Below are positions 25,588-34,443 of a stretch of DNA of 64,000 bases, one piece after another. The position numbers were made by a program, and so were the translations under genes. The notes beneath the pieces were generated by a model that was not told where the DNA came from, searched no databases, and saw only the letters and a program-made list of their open reading frames with translations. Source of the stretch: Acidimicrobiales bacterium (GTDB lineage: Bacteria; Actinomycetota; Acidimicrobiia; Acidimicrobiales; VFJN01); assembly GCA_035697515.1 (NCBI GenBank), contig DASSCS010000038.1, positions 3,400 through 67,399 on the forward strand. The letters run 5' to 3'. How positions within the stretch are numbered: position 1 is the stretch's first letter; the number at the start of each line of letters is the position of its first letter.

Positions 25588-27427
25588 CGCAGTGGTCTGG
25601 CGGCGGGACGTCGAGCGCCGGGTTCCGGTCGAAGAACCCGATGGGGAGGAGCTGGAAGCCGGTGGTCTCCACGGGCATGACCGGCCAGTCCTCCGGCCGG
25701 GGGACGTGGGTGACGCCGAACGTGTGCCACACGACCACCTCGGTGCCGACGAGCGACCGGTCGGCCGCCGTCCAGCCGGGCAGGCCCGCCCCGCCGGGGT
25801 GCTGGTTGGGGAAGTCGCCGGCGGCCCGGCGCTCGCCGGGGTCGTACGGGGTGACCCACAGGTTCCGGGTGGCGAACCCGGCGCGGGCGGCGATGCTCGA
25901 TCGCTCCCCGGCCAGGAGGGCGGGCGTGGCGCGCGGCGCCAGCCGGTAGGCGACGGGCTGGCCGACGGCGTTGCGCACCGCCGGGTTCACGACCGCCCAC
26001 GAGCGGCTGCGGGCCGGGTCGGCGAGCCGCCGGGCCTTGCGCTCCGACGTCAAGCGGGTGGCGACGGGGGCGAAGCCGTTGGCCCACGGGTTGCCCGCGC
26101 CGGCCGGCAGCGGCGCCACGTCAACCTCGTGCACCTCGTTGACGGGCCCGTCGACCGCCACATCGAGCCGGGCGCAGAACAGGTGCTGGTGCACCGGTGC
26201 CGCCAGCCCGGGCGCGATCGCCGGCGAGTGGGGCTCCGGCCAGCCGTCGCCGGTGCCCTTGGTGGACATGATCCCGGTGAGCTTCACCTCGAGCTCGAGG
26301 GAGGCATCCTGGTGGAAGTACCAGTAGAACCCGTACTCGTAGTTGCCCACCGTGGCGATGGAGGACACCACCAGCCGGCGCTTGCGGCGCACCTCCGTCC
26401 GGCCCGTGAACAGGTCGTGGTGCTTCCAGAGGATGCCGGCGTCCTCCTCGTGCAGGCAGATGGCGTTGGCGATGGTGCCGGCGCCGCCCTGCTCGTCCGC
26501 GATCACGGCGTCGAGGTAGCGGATCTCGCCCAGGCAGTCGCAACCCAGGGTGAGCGAGTTGGCGAGGCGGCCGAGGCCCCACTCGCCGGCGTCGAAGGCG
26601 TTCTTCCAGCCGTGCAGCGGCCCGGGGTCGCCGTAGGGCACGACCATCTCGCTGATGGACGCCCGCCGCAGGATCGACCGCCCGTCGTAGGCGACGTCCC
26701 GCAGCACGATCCCCTCGAGCGGGTCGAGGCTGACGTGGAGGGACCAGCCCTGCCAGCGCAGCTCGTGGCCGTCGACCGCGAAGCCGACACCCTGCGGCTG
26801 CGCGATCGTCAGGGGCGCCAGGCCGGCACGTGGCGGGTGGTCCTCCGGGAAGTAGCTGCCGGGGTCGTCCGGCAGGGGGACGATCCCCGTGTCGAGCAGC
26901 TCCAGCACCTCCCCGCGAGCCATGTCGACGAGCGCCTGCAGGCCCTCGATCGGGCGGGCGTAGCCGTTGTCGCCGGGGTCCTCCCGGTAGAAGCAGATGC
27001 AGCGGGCCACCCGTCGGCCCTCCTCGGCGGCGACGCCGAAGCTGCCGGTCGGCCACGGATCGACCTGCACCTTGCCGAGGTCGGTGATACCCCGGGCGGC
27101 CAGGGCGGCGCGGAAGCCTTCGTGCTCGTGCAGGGCGGCGATGGCCCCGAGGCTCTCCTCGAAGCCGAGGGCCGGGCGGACGCCGTCGTGCGACTCCCAG
27201 CCGACGACCTCGCCGGTCGCCAGCACCACCGTCGCCTCGACCAGCGAGGCCTCCGGTCCGGGGACGATCACCAGCCGGGCGCGGCGGCCGGCGGTGCCGG
27301 GCCGCCGGGCGTCGTCGAGCGTGACGGTCGAGAAGCGGGCGTCATCGGTCAGGCGCCCCGTGGCCCGCACGGCCGCCACGGCGACGCCGATCTCCTCGGG
27401 GGTCAGCGGGTCGAGGGGATGGGCCAC
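25580..27427 (-). CDS. Copper-containing primary amine oxidase (topaquinone enzyme)
   Basis: TPQ precursor motif VGNYEYGFYWYF and His ligands (HQHLF, VWHTFGVTHVPRPEDWPVMP). The N-terminus VAHPLDPLTPEEI is typical of cytoplasmic actinobacterial CuAOs. The long ORF 25580..28639 is trimmed to GTG 27427. Confidence 0.9.
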   Translation of the reverse strand: MAHPLDPLTPEEIGVAVAAVRATGRLTDDARFSTVTLDDARRPGTAGRRARLVIVPGPEASLVEATVVLATGEVVGWESHDGVRPALGFEESLGAIAALHEHEGFRAALAARGITDLGKVQVDPWPTGSFGVAAEEGRRVARCICFYREDPGDNGYARPIEGLQALVDMARGEVLELLDTGIVPLPDDPGSYFPEDHPPRAGLAPLTIAQPQGVGFAVDGHELRWQGWSLHVSLDPLEGIVLRDVAYDGRSILRRASISEMVVPYGDPGPLHGWKNAFDAGEWGLGRLANSLTLGCDCLGEIRYLDAVIADEQGGAGTIANAICLHEEDAGILWKHHDLFTGRTEVRRKRRLVVSSIATVGNYEYGFYWYFHQDASLELEVKLTGIMSTKGTGDGWPEPHSPAIAPGLAAPVHQHLFCARLDVAVDGPVNEVHEVDVAPLPAGAGNPWANGFAPVATRLTSERKARRLADPARSRSWAVVNPAVRNAVGQPVAYRLAPRATPALLAGERSSIAARAGFATRNLWVTPYDPGERRAAGDFPNQHPGGAGLPGWTAADRSLVGTEVVVWHTFGVTHVPRPEDWPVMPVETTGFQLLPIGFFDRNPALDVPPPDHCDG

Positions 27428-27432
27428 GGCAG

Positions 27433-28674
27433 CTAACGAGCGGGGTCGAGGGCGACCTTGACGGCGCCGCTGTGCTCCTGGTCGGCGAGGGCGAGGAAGG
27501 CGTCCCGCCAGGCCGACAGCGCGAACGTGTGGGTGAGCAGGCCGGTGAGGTCCACCCGGCCGGCGGCGGCGAGGTCGAGGTAGTGCTCCAGCCCGTGCTT
27601 GCGGACGCCCTCCACCTCCTCGATGCCGAAGGCGTTGGAGCCGACCCAGCTGATCTCTTTGAAGTACAGGGGGCTCCACTCCCAGCGGCCGGGGGCGTGC
27701 ACGCCGCTCTTCACCAGCGTGCCGCGGGCCCTCAGGACCCGCACCTCCGCCTCGAACGTCTCCGGCTTGCCGACCGTGTCGTAGGCGACGTCGATGCCGC
27801 CCGGGTGGCACATGGGGATGCCGTCGAGCCCCTCCATCGTCGGCCGCAGCACGCCGCCCGACCACGCCGCCAGCTGCTCGACGAGCTCGAGCTGGCCGGC
27901 CGGGCGGAAGACCACGTCGGCGCCCAGCCGGGCGGCGAGGTCGGCCTGGGCGTCGAACCGGGCGACGACGGCCACCTGGACGTCCGGGTGGAGCGCCCGC
28001 AGGATGGCGACGGCGCACGAGCCGAGGGCGCCCGCACCCCACACCAGCGCGCGGCCGCCGGGGGGTGGAGGGTGCCGGGTGACGCTGTGCAACGACACGG
28101 CGAAGGGGTCGGCGAGGATGGCGTGCTCGTCGTCGACGGGGTCGGGGACGGGGAACAGCATCGAGGAGTGGGCCGGCATCAGCTCGGCGAAGCCCCCGGT
28201 GGCGTCGCTGGACACGCCCGTGTGGATGCCCGGGCTGAGGGTCCCCGTGGTGAAGCTCCAGCACAGGCTGTAGTCGCCGGCCTCGCACGCAGGGCAGACG
28301 GGCGCGATGCCCCGCGGCGCGCACGACAGCCACGGGTTGAGCACGACCCGCTGGCCCACGCCGAAGCCCTCGGCCTGCGGCCCGGGCTCGACCACCTCGG
28401 CGACGACCTCGTGGCCCAGCACCTGCGGGAACGAGCAGAAGCCGCTCATCGCGCTGTCGCTGTCGCCGCCGAAGTCGAGCAGGACCTGCTTGGCGTCCGA
28501 GCCGCAGATGCCCGTGAGGATCGGCCGGATCACGAACCAGTCGGGCCGCAGGGGCTGGGCGTCGGGCACGTCGAGCAGGGCGCAGGGCGTGGCGGCGAGG
28601 TTCCGGACGAGCCGGTTGCCGCCGGTCGGCGGCGTCCACGGCTCGGCCTCCGTGCCGAAGACGAGCGCCCTCAC
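27433..28674 (-). CDS. Zinc-dependent medium-chain alcohol dehydrogenase family protein
   Basis: ILTGICGSDAKQ, GHEVVAEVVE and the structural-zinc Cys cluster (CAPRGIAPVCPACEAGDYSLC). The GTG at 28674 overlaps the SDR stop (GTGA). Confidence 0.8.
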   Translation of the reverse strand: MRALVFGTEAEPWTPPTGGNRLVRNLAATPCALLDVPDAQPLRPDWFVIRPILTGICGSDAKQVLLDFGGDSDSAMSGFCSFPQVLGHEVVAEVVEPGPQAEGFGVGQRVVLNPWLSCAPRGIAPVCPACEAGDYSLCWSFTTGTLSPGIHTGVSSDATGGFAELMPAHSSMLFPVPDPVDDEHAILADPFAVSLHSVTRHPPPPGGRALVWGAGALGSCAVAILRALHPDVQVAVVARFDAQADLAARLGADVVFRPAGQLELVEQLAAWSGGVLRPTMEGLDGIPMCHPGGIDVAYDTVGKPETFEAEVRVLRARGTLVKSGVHAPGRWEWSPLYFKEISWVGSNAFGIEEVEGVRKHGLEHYLDLAAAGRVDLTGLLTHTFALSAWRDAFLALADQEHSGAVKVALDPAR

Positions 28675-29462
28675 CGTCGCCGCCGATCCTCGCCGATCTG
28701 ACGGGCGAAGCTCCGCTTCGTCCCCCAGCGGAACAGCGGCGGCACCAGGTGGCGGATCGTCACCGCCGGTCGCAGGTACCCCGGCACGTACTGCTCGTAC
28801 CGGTCCCCCTCGACCGCCCTGATGACGGCGTGGGCCACCTGGGTGGCCGGCACCGGCTTCGGGCGCTCCCGGTCGTAGGGGTGGCCCCGGGCGGCGCCGA
28901 AGTCGGACGCCACCGGACCGGGGTGCACCATCGACACGCCGATGCCGTAGGGCTCGAGCTCCACCACCAGCGCCTCCGTCAGGCCCACACCGGCGAACTT
29001 GGTCGCGGAATAGATGGCCTCGAACGGCGTGCCGATGCGCCCGGCGATCGAGCCGATCGTCACCAGGTGCCCCCTGCGGCGCTCGATCATCCCGGGAACC
29101 ACCGCCCGCAGGGCGTGGACCGTGCCGAGCACGTTCACCCGCACGAGCCGCTCGGCCTGCTCGGCACGGAGGTCGGCGAAGGCGCCGTAGGCGCCGATGC
29201 CGGCGTTGGCCACCATGACGTCGGCGGGCCCGAGGTCGGCCTCCAAGCGCGCGATGGCGCCGGCGAGCGCGTCCGGGTCGGCGACGTCGGCGACCGCGTA
29301 CCCGGCCTCGCCGGGCAGGCCGGCCACGACGCGTCGCAGGTCGCCCTCGCTGCGGGCGATCACCCCGACCCGTGCGCCGTGGGCGGAGGCCGCCTCCGCG
29401 ACCGCCCGCCCGATGCCGCGCGATGCCCCCGTGACGATCGTCGTGGCGCCACCCCATTGCAC
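28671..29462 (-). CDS. SDR family oxidoreductase
   Basis: TGASRGIG, NAG and YSATKFA motifs. GTG start at 29462. Confidence 0.9.
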   Translation of the reverse strand: MQWGGATTIVTGASRGIGRAVAEAASAHGARVGVIARSEGDLRRVVAGLPGEAGYAVADVADPDALAGAIARLEADLGPADVMVANAGIGAYGAFADLRAEQAERLVRVNVLGTVHALRAVVPGMIERRRGHLVTIGSIAGRIGTPFEAIYSATKFAGVGLTEALVVELEPYGIGVSMVHPGPVASDFGAARGHPYDRERPKPVPATQVAHAVIRAVEGDRYEQYVPGYLRPAVTIRHLVPPLFRWGTKRSFARQIGEDRRRR

Positions 29463-29469
29463 GGGATCG

Positions 29470-29475
29470 ACCGTA
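29470..29475 (-). promoter_or_regulatory. -10 hexamer (TACGGT) of a leaderless promoter for the SDR/ADH/amine-oxidase operon
   Basis: The reverse strand reads TACGGT-cgatccc-GTG: a TANNNT hexamer exactly 7 nt before the start codon, with no SD. Confidence 0.5.
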
Positions 29476-29484
29476 CCGCGAGAG

Positions 29485-29500
29485 GTGACGCAAGTGTTAG
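29485..29500. promoter_or_regulatory. Recurring palindromic box, copy 1 (GTGACGCAAGTGTTAG)
   Basis: Lies in the divergent gap between the SDR operon and the FGGY kinase. It matches yCTrAC-N6-GTyAs on the reverse strand and shares the spacer GCAAGT with copy 4. Confidence 0.5.
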
Positions 29501-29572
29501 GAGACCGCCTACGCTCCTGTCGGTGTCACGGGCCCCTTGCACCACGTCTCGGCCCCATGCGTGGGAGCCCGC

Positions 29573-30967
29573 ATGAGCGACGTCACGGTCGGCATCGACA
29601 TCGGCACGACAGCGGTCAAGGCGGTCGCGGCCGCCGGCGACGGCACCGTGCTCGCCCGGGCGCGGGTGCCTCACGAGGTGCGGACACCGGCGCCGGGGTC
29701 GTTCGAGCACGACATCGGCCAGGCGTGGCGGGCCAACGTCCTCGCCGCCCTGGGGCAGGTCGCGACCGGGCTCGACCTCGCCGCCGTGAACGTGTCGGCG
29801 ATGGTGCCGTCGCTCGGCGCCGTGCGGGCGGACGGCACGGCCGCCGGTCCCGGCCTCCTCTACGGCGACCGCCGCGGCGAGCGCGAGGGTCACGACGCCA
29901 GCCGGCCGGGCGACAGCGGCGAGCTGCTCGCGTTCCTCGCCTGGCACGCCCGCAACTCCCCTGGGGCGGTTGCCTTCTGGCCTGCCCAGGCCGTCGCCAA
30001 CCACGCCCTCGCCGGCCGCGGCGCCATCGACTCCACCACCGCCATGACGGCCCACCCCCTGTTCGACTTCGTCGGCTGGGACGAGCGGCTGGCCGCCGAG
30101 GCGGGCGTCACGCCGGGCGCGCTTCCCGAGATCGTCGCCGGGGTCGACCCCGTGGGCCGGGTGCGGGACGGCGTTCCGGGGGCCGGCGCCCTCGTGGGCG
30201 GCGGCACCATCGACGCCCTCGCCGAGCAGTTGGTGGCGGGCGCCGACACCTCCGGGGACGTCCTCGTCCTCTGCGGCACGACGCTGATCACCTGGGGTGT
30301 GCTCGACGAGTGGCAGGAGGTCGCCGGCCTGTGGACCGTCCCCCACACGGCGGCGGGCAAGAGCCTCATCGGCGGGCCGAGCAACGCGGGCGGCCTGTTC
30401 CTCGATTCGGTCCGGGGGTGGCTGGGCGCCCCGGCGGGCATGGACGACGTCGACCCGCGGGACCTGCCGGTGTGGCTGCCCTACGTGCGGGGCGAGCGGA
30501 CGCCGCTGCACCGGCGCGACCTGCGCGCCGCGGTGGAGGGGATCGCCCTCCACCACTCGCCGGGCCACCTCCTGCGGGGGGCGTACGAGGCCGCGGGGTT
30601 CGTCGTCCGCCACCACCTCGACCTGGCCCGCCCGGCCGGCCTGGCGCCCCGGCGCATCGTGGCCACCGGCGGCGGGACCCAGGACCCGGTGTGGATGCGG
30701 GCGCTGGCCGACTGCACGGGCCTCCCGGTGCACGTCGCCGCCGTCCCGGAGGGGGCCGCCCTGGGCTCGGCGTTCGTGGCCCGCTGCGTGGCCGGCCTCG
30801 AGGCGTCGATCGCCGAGGGGGCCCGCTGGGCGCGGACCGCCCGCACCGTCGAGCCGGAGCCGGCCTGGGCCGACGCCGCCGGGGAACGCTACCGCCGGTT
30901 CCGGGCCCACACTGCGGCCGCGTTGGAGGCTCGGGCGGAGCGCTCGGAGCTCTCGCCGAGGGGCTAG
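29573..30967 (+). CDS. FGGY family carbohydrate kinase
   Basis: MSDVTVGIDIGTTAVKAV N-terminal ATPase motif and a C-terminal GGG(T)QD motif (IVATGGGTQDPVWMRALAD). ATG 29573 follows GGGAG. Confidence 0.85.
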   Translation: MSDVTVGIDIGTTAVKAVAAAGDGTVLARARVPHEVRTPAPGSFEHDIGQAWRANVLAALGQVATGLDLAAVNVSAMVPSLGAVRADGTAAGPGLLYGDRRGEREGHDASRPGDSGELLAFLAWHARNSPGAVAFWPAQAVANHALAGRGAIDSTTAMTAHPLFDFVGWDERLAAEAGVTPGALPEIVAGVDPVGRVRDGVPGAGALVGGGTIDALAEQLVAGADTSGDVLVLCGTTLITWGVLDEWQEVAGLWTVPHTAAGKSLIGGPSNAGGLFLDSVRGWLGAPAGMDDVDPRDLPVWLPYVRGERTPLHRRDLRAAVEGIALHHSPGHLLRGAYEAAGFVVRHHLDLARPAGLAPRRIVATGGGTQDPVWMRALADCTGLPVHVAAVPEGAALGSAFVARCVAGLEASIAEGARWARTARTVEPEPAWADAAGERYRRFRAHTAAALEARAERSELSPRG

Positions 30968-30989
30968 CGGCCGCGCCGGGTCGGAGCCG

Positions 30990-31439
30990 TCAGACCAGGT
31001 ACTCGAAGTGCTGCGTCTCGACCATCAGCGGCAGGCGGTAGCGCACGTAGAAGCTGTGGAGCCGCAAGGCTCCGGCGTACTCCTCGACGGTCGGCTCGAT
31101 GAGGTCGACGTCGTCCGGCTCCCGCACCTTCCAGGCCGCCGCCCGCCGGGCCACCTCCTCGAACTCGGCGAGCGACGAGACGGACAGCCCGAAGTGGTCG
31201 AGGCGGGGGGCGGTCATCGGCCGGTCGGCGGCGACGAGGAAGACGAACTGCTCGTGGGAGTGGGCGCGGAAGACGAGGCGCCCGCGGTCCCGGGTGAGCT
31301 CGGGATACTCCTCGAAGCCGAACACGTCGCCGTAGAAGTCCGCCAGGGCGCGTCGGCCGCCGGCGTCGAGCTGGGCGGCGGGAACCGACAGAGCCACGTG
31401 GTTGAGGCGCGGGGGTCTGGCGAAGTCAGGTCCGGTCAC
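30990..31439 (-). CDS. VOC family protein
   Basis: RLNHVALSVP ... LDHFGLSV double-module pattern. The GTG at 31439 overlaps the upstream ADH stop (GTGA). Confidence 0.75.
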   Translation of the reverse strand: MTGPDFARPPRLNHVALSVPAAQLDAGGRRALADFYGDVFGFEEYPELTRDRGRLVFRAHSHEQFVFLVAADRPMTAPRLDHFGLSVSSLAEFEEVARRAAAWKVREPDDVDLIEPTVEEYAGALRLHSFYVRYRLPLMVETQHFEYLV

Positions 31440-32497
31440 GGTCGCACCAGCACCTTTCCCGCGAGCCGGCCCTCGGCGAGGCCGACCATCGCGTCGAGGA
31501 GGCCGTCCAGTGCGACGACCCCCGGTTCGAGGAGCTCGTCGACGGGCACGCCTCCGGAGGCCAGGAGGTCGAGCGCCTGCTCGAGCCCGCCTTGGTCGTA
31601 GGTGAACGCCCCGGTGACGACCAGCTCGTTGAGCAGGATGCGGTTCGGGTCGAACCGGGGCGGCTCCATGCCGGCGCCGACGAGCACCAGCGTGCCGCCC
31701 CGTGCCAGCTGGGCCAGGCCCGCCTCCATGGCCGCCGCCGTGCCCGAGCACTCCAGCGCCACGTCGACGGCGCCCTCGACCACCAGACCCGGCTCGGCGA
31801 CGGTCGGCACCACGAGGTCGGCGGGGTGGCGGACGGCCGCGGCACCGACCGCCCGTGCCAGCGCCCGGCGGGGTTCGGCGGGCTCGGCGCAGGCGACGTC
31901 GTCCACGCCCATGGCCCGCAGCGCGGCGATGGTCAGCGCGCCGATCGGCCCGGCGCCCAGCACCAGGGCGCGCTGGCCGGGACGGATGCCCGACCGGGTG
32001 ATGCCGTGGAGCGCCACGGCCAGGGGCTCGGCGAGGGTGGCGGCCCGGGGCTCCAGGCCCGCGGGGAGGGGCAGGAGCGCGTCGGCTGCGGTGACCATGT
32101 AGGTGGCGAACGCCCCTCTCTCCGGCCCGAGGCCGGGGGTGTCGCGGGTGGCGCACAGCGACGGCCGGCCTGCCCGGCACATGGCGCAGGTGCCGCAGCG
32201 GGGTGCCGGCCCGCCCACGACCGCATCGCCCGGAGCCCAGCGCGTGACCGCCTCGCCGACCGTCGCGACCCGCCCGGTCCACTCGTGGCCCTGCCAGCTG
32301 CCGCGCTCGCCCCAGCCGTCGAGGACCATGTGGAGGTCCGTGCCGCAGACGCCGCAGAGGTCCACGGCCACCAGCACGTCGTGGTCGCCGACCAGCGGCA
32401 CCGCCACGTCCTCGACCACGAGCCGGCCCGGCCCCCTGAGCACCGCCGCGACCATGCGCTCCGGCACGCCCCTCACCGTAGGCACGGTGCTCGTCAT
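31436..32497 (-). CDS. Zinc-binding alcohol dehydrogenase (MDR family)
   Basis: CGVCGTDLH, GHEWTG, structural Cys cluster (CGTCAMCRAGRPSLC) and a GAGPIG Rossmann motif. Confidence 0.85.
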   Translation of the reverse strand: MTSTVPTVRGVPERMVAAVLRGPGRLVVEDVAVPLVGDHDVLVAVDLCGVCGTDLHMVLDGWGERGSWQGHEWTGRVATVGEAVTRWAPGDAVVGGPAPRCGTCAMCRAGRPSLCATRDTPGLGPERGAFATYMVTAADALLPLPAGLEPRAATLAEPLAVALHGITRSGIRPGQRALVLGAGPIGALTIAALRAMGVDDVACAEPAEPRRALARAVGAAAVRHPADLVVPTVAEPGLVVEGAVDVALECSGTAAAMEAGLAQLARGGTLVLVGAGMEPPRFDPNRILLNELVVTGAFTYDQGGLEQALDLLASGGVPVDELLEPGVVALDGLLDAMVGLAEGRLAGKVLVRP

Positions 32498-32570
32498 CCG
32501 GCGCCGCCGCCGAGGAGGGAGGTGGCGCCGGGGGCGGCGGTGGCCGGCGTGAGGGTGGCGTTGTCGCCGG

Positions 32571-33224
32571 TCACGGGTTGTCCCTGAGGTAGCGGTAGAC
32601 CCCGGCCATGTCCGTGCCTACCTTGTCCGGCAGGGGGTGGACCGTCGCCCCCATCGCCCGGGCGCCCCATACGATCTTGGCCGTCCGCTCGGCGAGGGCG
32701 GCGTTGTGCAGCGCGGTCTCTGGCGACCGCCCGCAGGTGACCAGGCCGTGGTTGGCGAGCAGCGCGGCACCCCGGTCGGCCAGGTGGGCGGCGACCTCGT
32801 CGCCGAGCGCAGCGGTGCCCGTGCCCTCGTACCGGCAGCACGGGACGTCGCCGCCGAGGTAGACGACGACCTCCTCGATCACCGCCGGGATCGGCTCGTG
32901 GGCGAGGGCGAACATGGTGGCGTAGACGGCGTGGGTGTGGATCACCGCGCCCAGCTCCGGATAGCGCCGGAGGGTCGCGAGGTGCAGGTCCTTCTCGGTG
33001 GTGGGCGAGCGGGTGCCCTCCACGACGGCGCCGTCGAGATCGACGACCACCAGGTCGTCGAGCGCCATCGTCTCGTAGTCGACCGATGACGGGGTCAGGC
33101 ACACCAGCCCGTCCGGCAGCCGCCCCGAGATGTTGCCCGACGTCCCTTCGACGAGGCCCGCCGCGAGCATCCGCTTGGCGGTGGCGAGCACCGCGTCCCG
33201 CGTGGTGGTGGGCGAGTCAGCCAC
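32571..33224 (-). CDS. Class II aldolase/adducin family protein
   Basis: GTSGNISGR, LHLATL and VIHTHAVYAT motifs. 217 aa. The GTG start overlaps the upstream stop by 8 nt. Confidence 0.85.
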   Translation of the reverse strand: MADSPTTTRDAVLATAKRMLAAGLVEGTSGNISGRLPDGLVCLTPSSVDYETMALDDLVVVDLDGAVVEGTRSPTTEKDLHLATLRRYPELGAVIHTHAVYATMFALAHEPIPAVIEEVVVYLGGDVPCCRYEGTGTAALGDEVAAHLADRGAALLANHGLVTCGRSPETALHNAALAERTAKIVWGARAMGATVHPLPDKVGTDMAGVYRYLRDNP

Positions 33225-34197
33225 GGCCGAGGACCTCCCGGTTGGCGAGGTTGGCCGGCGCCTCGCCGCGCAGCAGCGCGGCGAGCCCCTCGGCCATGAG
33301 GGTGGTGTGGTTGGCCTCGGTGTCGTAGGTGGCGCCGCCGATGTGCGGCGTGAGCACCACGTTCGGCATCGACGCGAGCGGGTGGCCGGTCGGTAGCACC
33401 TCTCCCTCGAAGTGGTCGAGCGCGGCCGCGGCCAGGTGGCCCGACTGCAGGGCGGCGGTGAGCGCGTCGAGGTCGTGGAGGCCGGCCCGGGCCGAGTTCA
33501 CGTACACGGCGCCCTGCCTCATGGCGGCGAACCGGTCGCTCGACATGAGGCCGACGGTGTCTGGCGCGACGGCCGCGTGCATCGACACCACGTCGGCCTC
33601 GGCGAGCAGGTCGTCGAGGCCGTGGGTGGCCGCGGCCACGTTGGGGTCGCTGGCGATGACCCGCATGCCGAGCCCCTCGAGCCGCCACCTGGTGGCCCGA
33701 CCCACGGCGCCCAACCCGACCAGCCCGGCGGTCCGGCCCATCAACTGCCAGGCCCGGAAGCGCTGGTAGGGGATCGAGCCGTCCCGGTACACCTGCCCCT
33801 CCCGCACGTCCCGGTCGGCGGCGACCAGGCCGCGGGTGGCGGCGAGCAGCAGGCCCACGGTCAGCTCGGCCACGGCGTCGGCATTGCGCCCGGGCGCCCG
33901 CAGCACAGGGATGCCGGCGGCGGTGGCGCCGGCCACGTCGACGTTGGTGGGATCGCCACGGGTGGCGCAGATGGCCTCGAGCGGGAGGTCGAGCACCGGG
34001 CCCGAGCACTGGTCCGCCTCGCAGATCACCACGGACGCGCCGAGCGCGGCCGCCCGCTGGGCCAGCTGGTCGGCGTCGTAGATGCGCAGCGGGCGATGGT
34101 CGATCCACGGATCGAGGACGACCTCGCCCAGCGCGCGGAGGGCGGCGAGGCCCGGGCCCCGCAGCGGGGCCGTGGAGAGGATGACGCGATCAGCCAT
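33217..34197 (-). CDS. D-isomer-specific 2-hydroxyacid dehydrogenase family protein
   Basis: NAD motif GLVGLGAVGRATRWRLEGLGMRV and catalytic region TPHIGGAT. Start trimmed to ATG 34197 (MADRVILS). Confidence 0.85.
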   Translation of the reverse strand: MADRVILSTAPLRGPGLAALRALGEVVLDPWIDHRPLRIYDADQLAQRAAALGASVVICEADQCSGPVLDLPLEAICATRGDPTNVDVAGATAAGIPVLRAPGRNADAVAELTVGLLLAATRGLVAADRDVREGQVYRDGSIPYQRFRAWQLMGRTAGLVGLGAVGRATRWRLEGLGMRVIASDPNVAAATHGLDDLLAEADVVSMHAAVAPDTVGLMSSDRFAAMRQGAVYVNSARAGLHDLDALTAALQSGHLAAAALDHFEGEVLPTGHPLASMPNVVLTPHIGGATYDTEANHTTLMAEGLAALLRGEAPANLANREVLGRG

Positions 34198-34297
34198 CGG
34201 CGCCGGGCAGCTCGACCTCGACGGTGGCCGTGGCCACGACGGTGCCGTCCTGGTCGCGCAGGCTGTCCCCGGCGGCCTGGGCATCGGTTTCGCTCAT
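34190..34297 (-). CDS. Candidate 35-aa acidic small ORF translationally coupled to the dehydrogenase
   Basis: Reverse strand: GGAGG-ctg-ATG, giving MSETDAQAAGDSLRDQDGTVVATATVEVELPGADG. 32 of 35 codons end in G/C. Its TGA overlaps the downstream ATG (ATGGCTGA). It is below the ORF-track length cutoff. Confidence 0.35.
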   Translation of the reverse strand: MSETDAQAAGDSLRDQDGTVVATATVEVELPGADG

Positions 34298-34337
34298 CAG
34301 CCTCCGCTCGTCCCAGGTCGAAGCCCATGGTCCGTAC

Positions 34338-34353
34338 CTGACACCAACGTTAG
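34338..34353. promoter_or_regulatory. Recurring palindromic box, copy 2 (CTGACACCAACGTTAG)
   Basis: Lies in the divergent gap on the side of the minus-strand small-ORF/dehydrogenase/aldolase operon. It is preceded by CCGTAC, as are copies 4 and 5. Confidence 0.5.
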
Positions 34354-34408
34354 TCGGCCGACCACGTTCGTCTCCGATGCACCTCGCCCCTCCGTCTCGA
34401 TGGGTAAT

Positions 34409-34424
34409 CTGACACTCGAGTCAT
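34409..34424. promoter_or_regulatory. Recurring palindromic box, copy 3 (CTGACACTCGAGTCAT)
   Basis: Overlaps a TAATCT -10-like hexamer (34405-34410), 20 nt upstream of the M24 ATG. The flank GTAATCTrACA is the same as in copy 6. Confidence 0.5.
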
Positions 34425-34443
34425 CTTTGGCCGCGGGAGGGGC

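Noticed and set aside
25580-28639. Very long N-terminal extensions of tracked ORFs (25580..28639, 27433..29493, 30990..32282, 56068..58335, 35837..38044, 45414..47492, 52037..53509, 51030..52295, 23121..24134, 23297..24856, 21151..23364, 19698..21233)
   Set aside because: The upstream parts overlap the preceding real gene in another frame and are Arg/Pro-rich. Each gene was trimmed to the in-frame ATG or GTG where recognisable homology begins, usually at a 4-nt or 8-nt overlap with the upstream stop.
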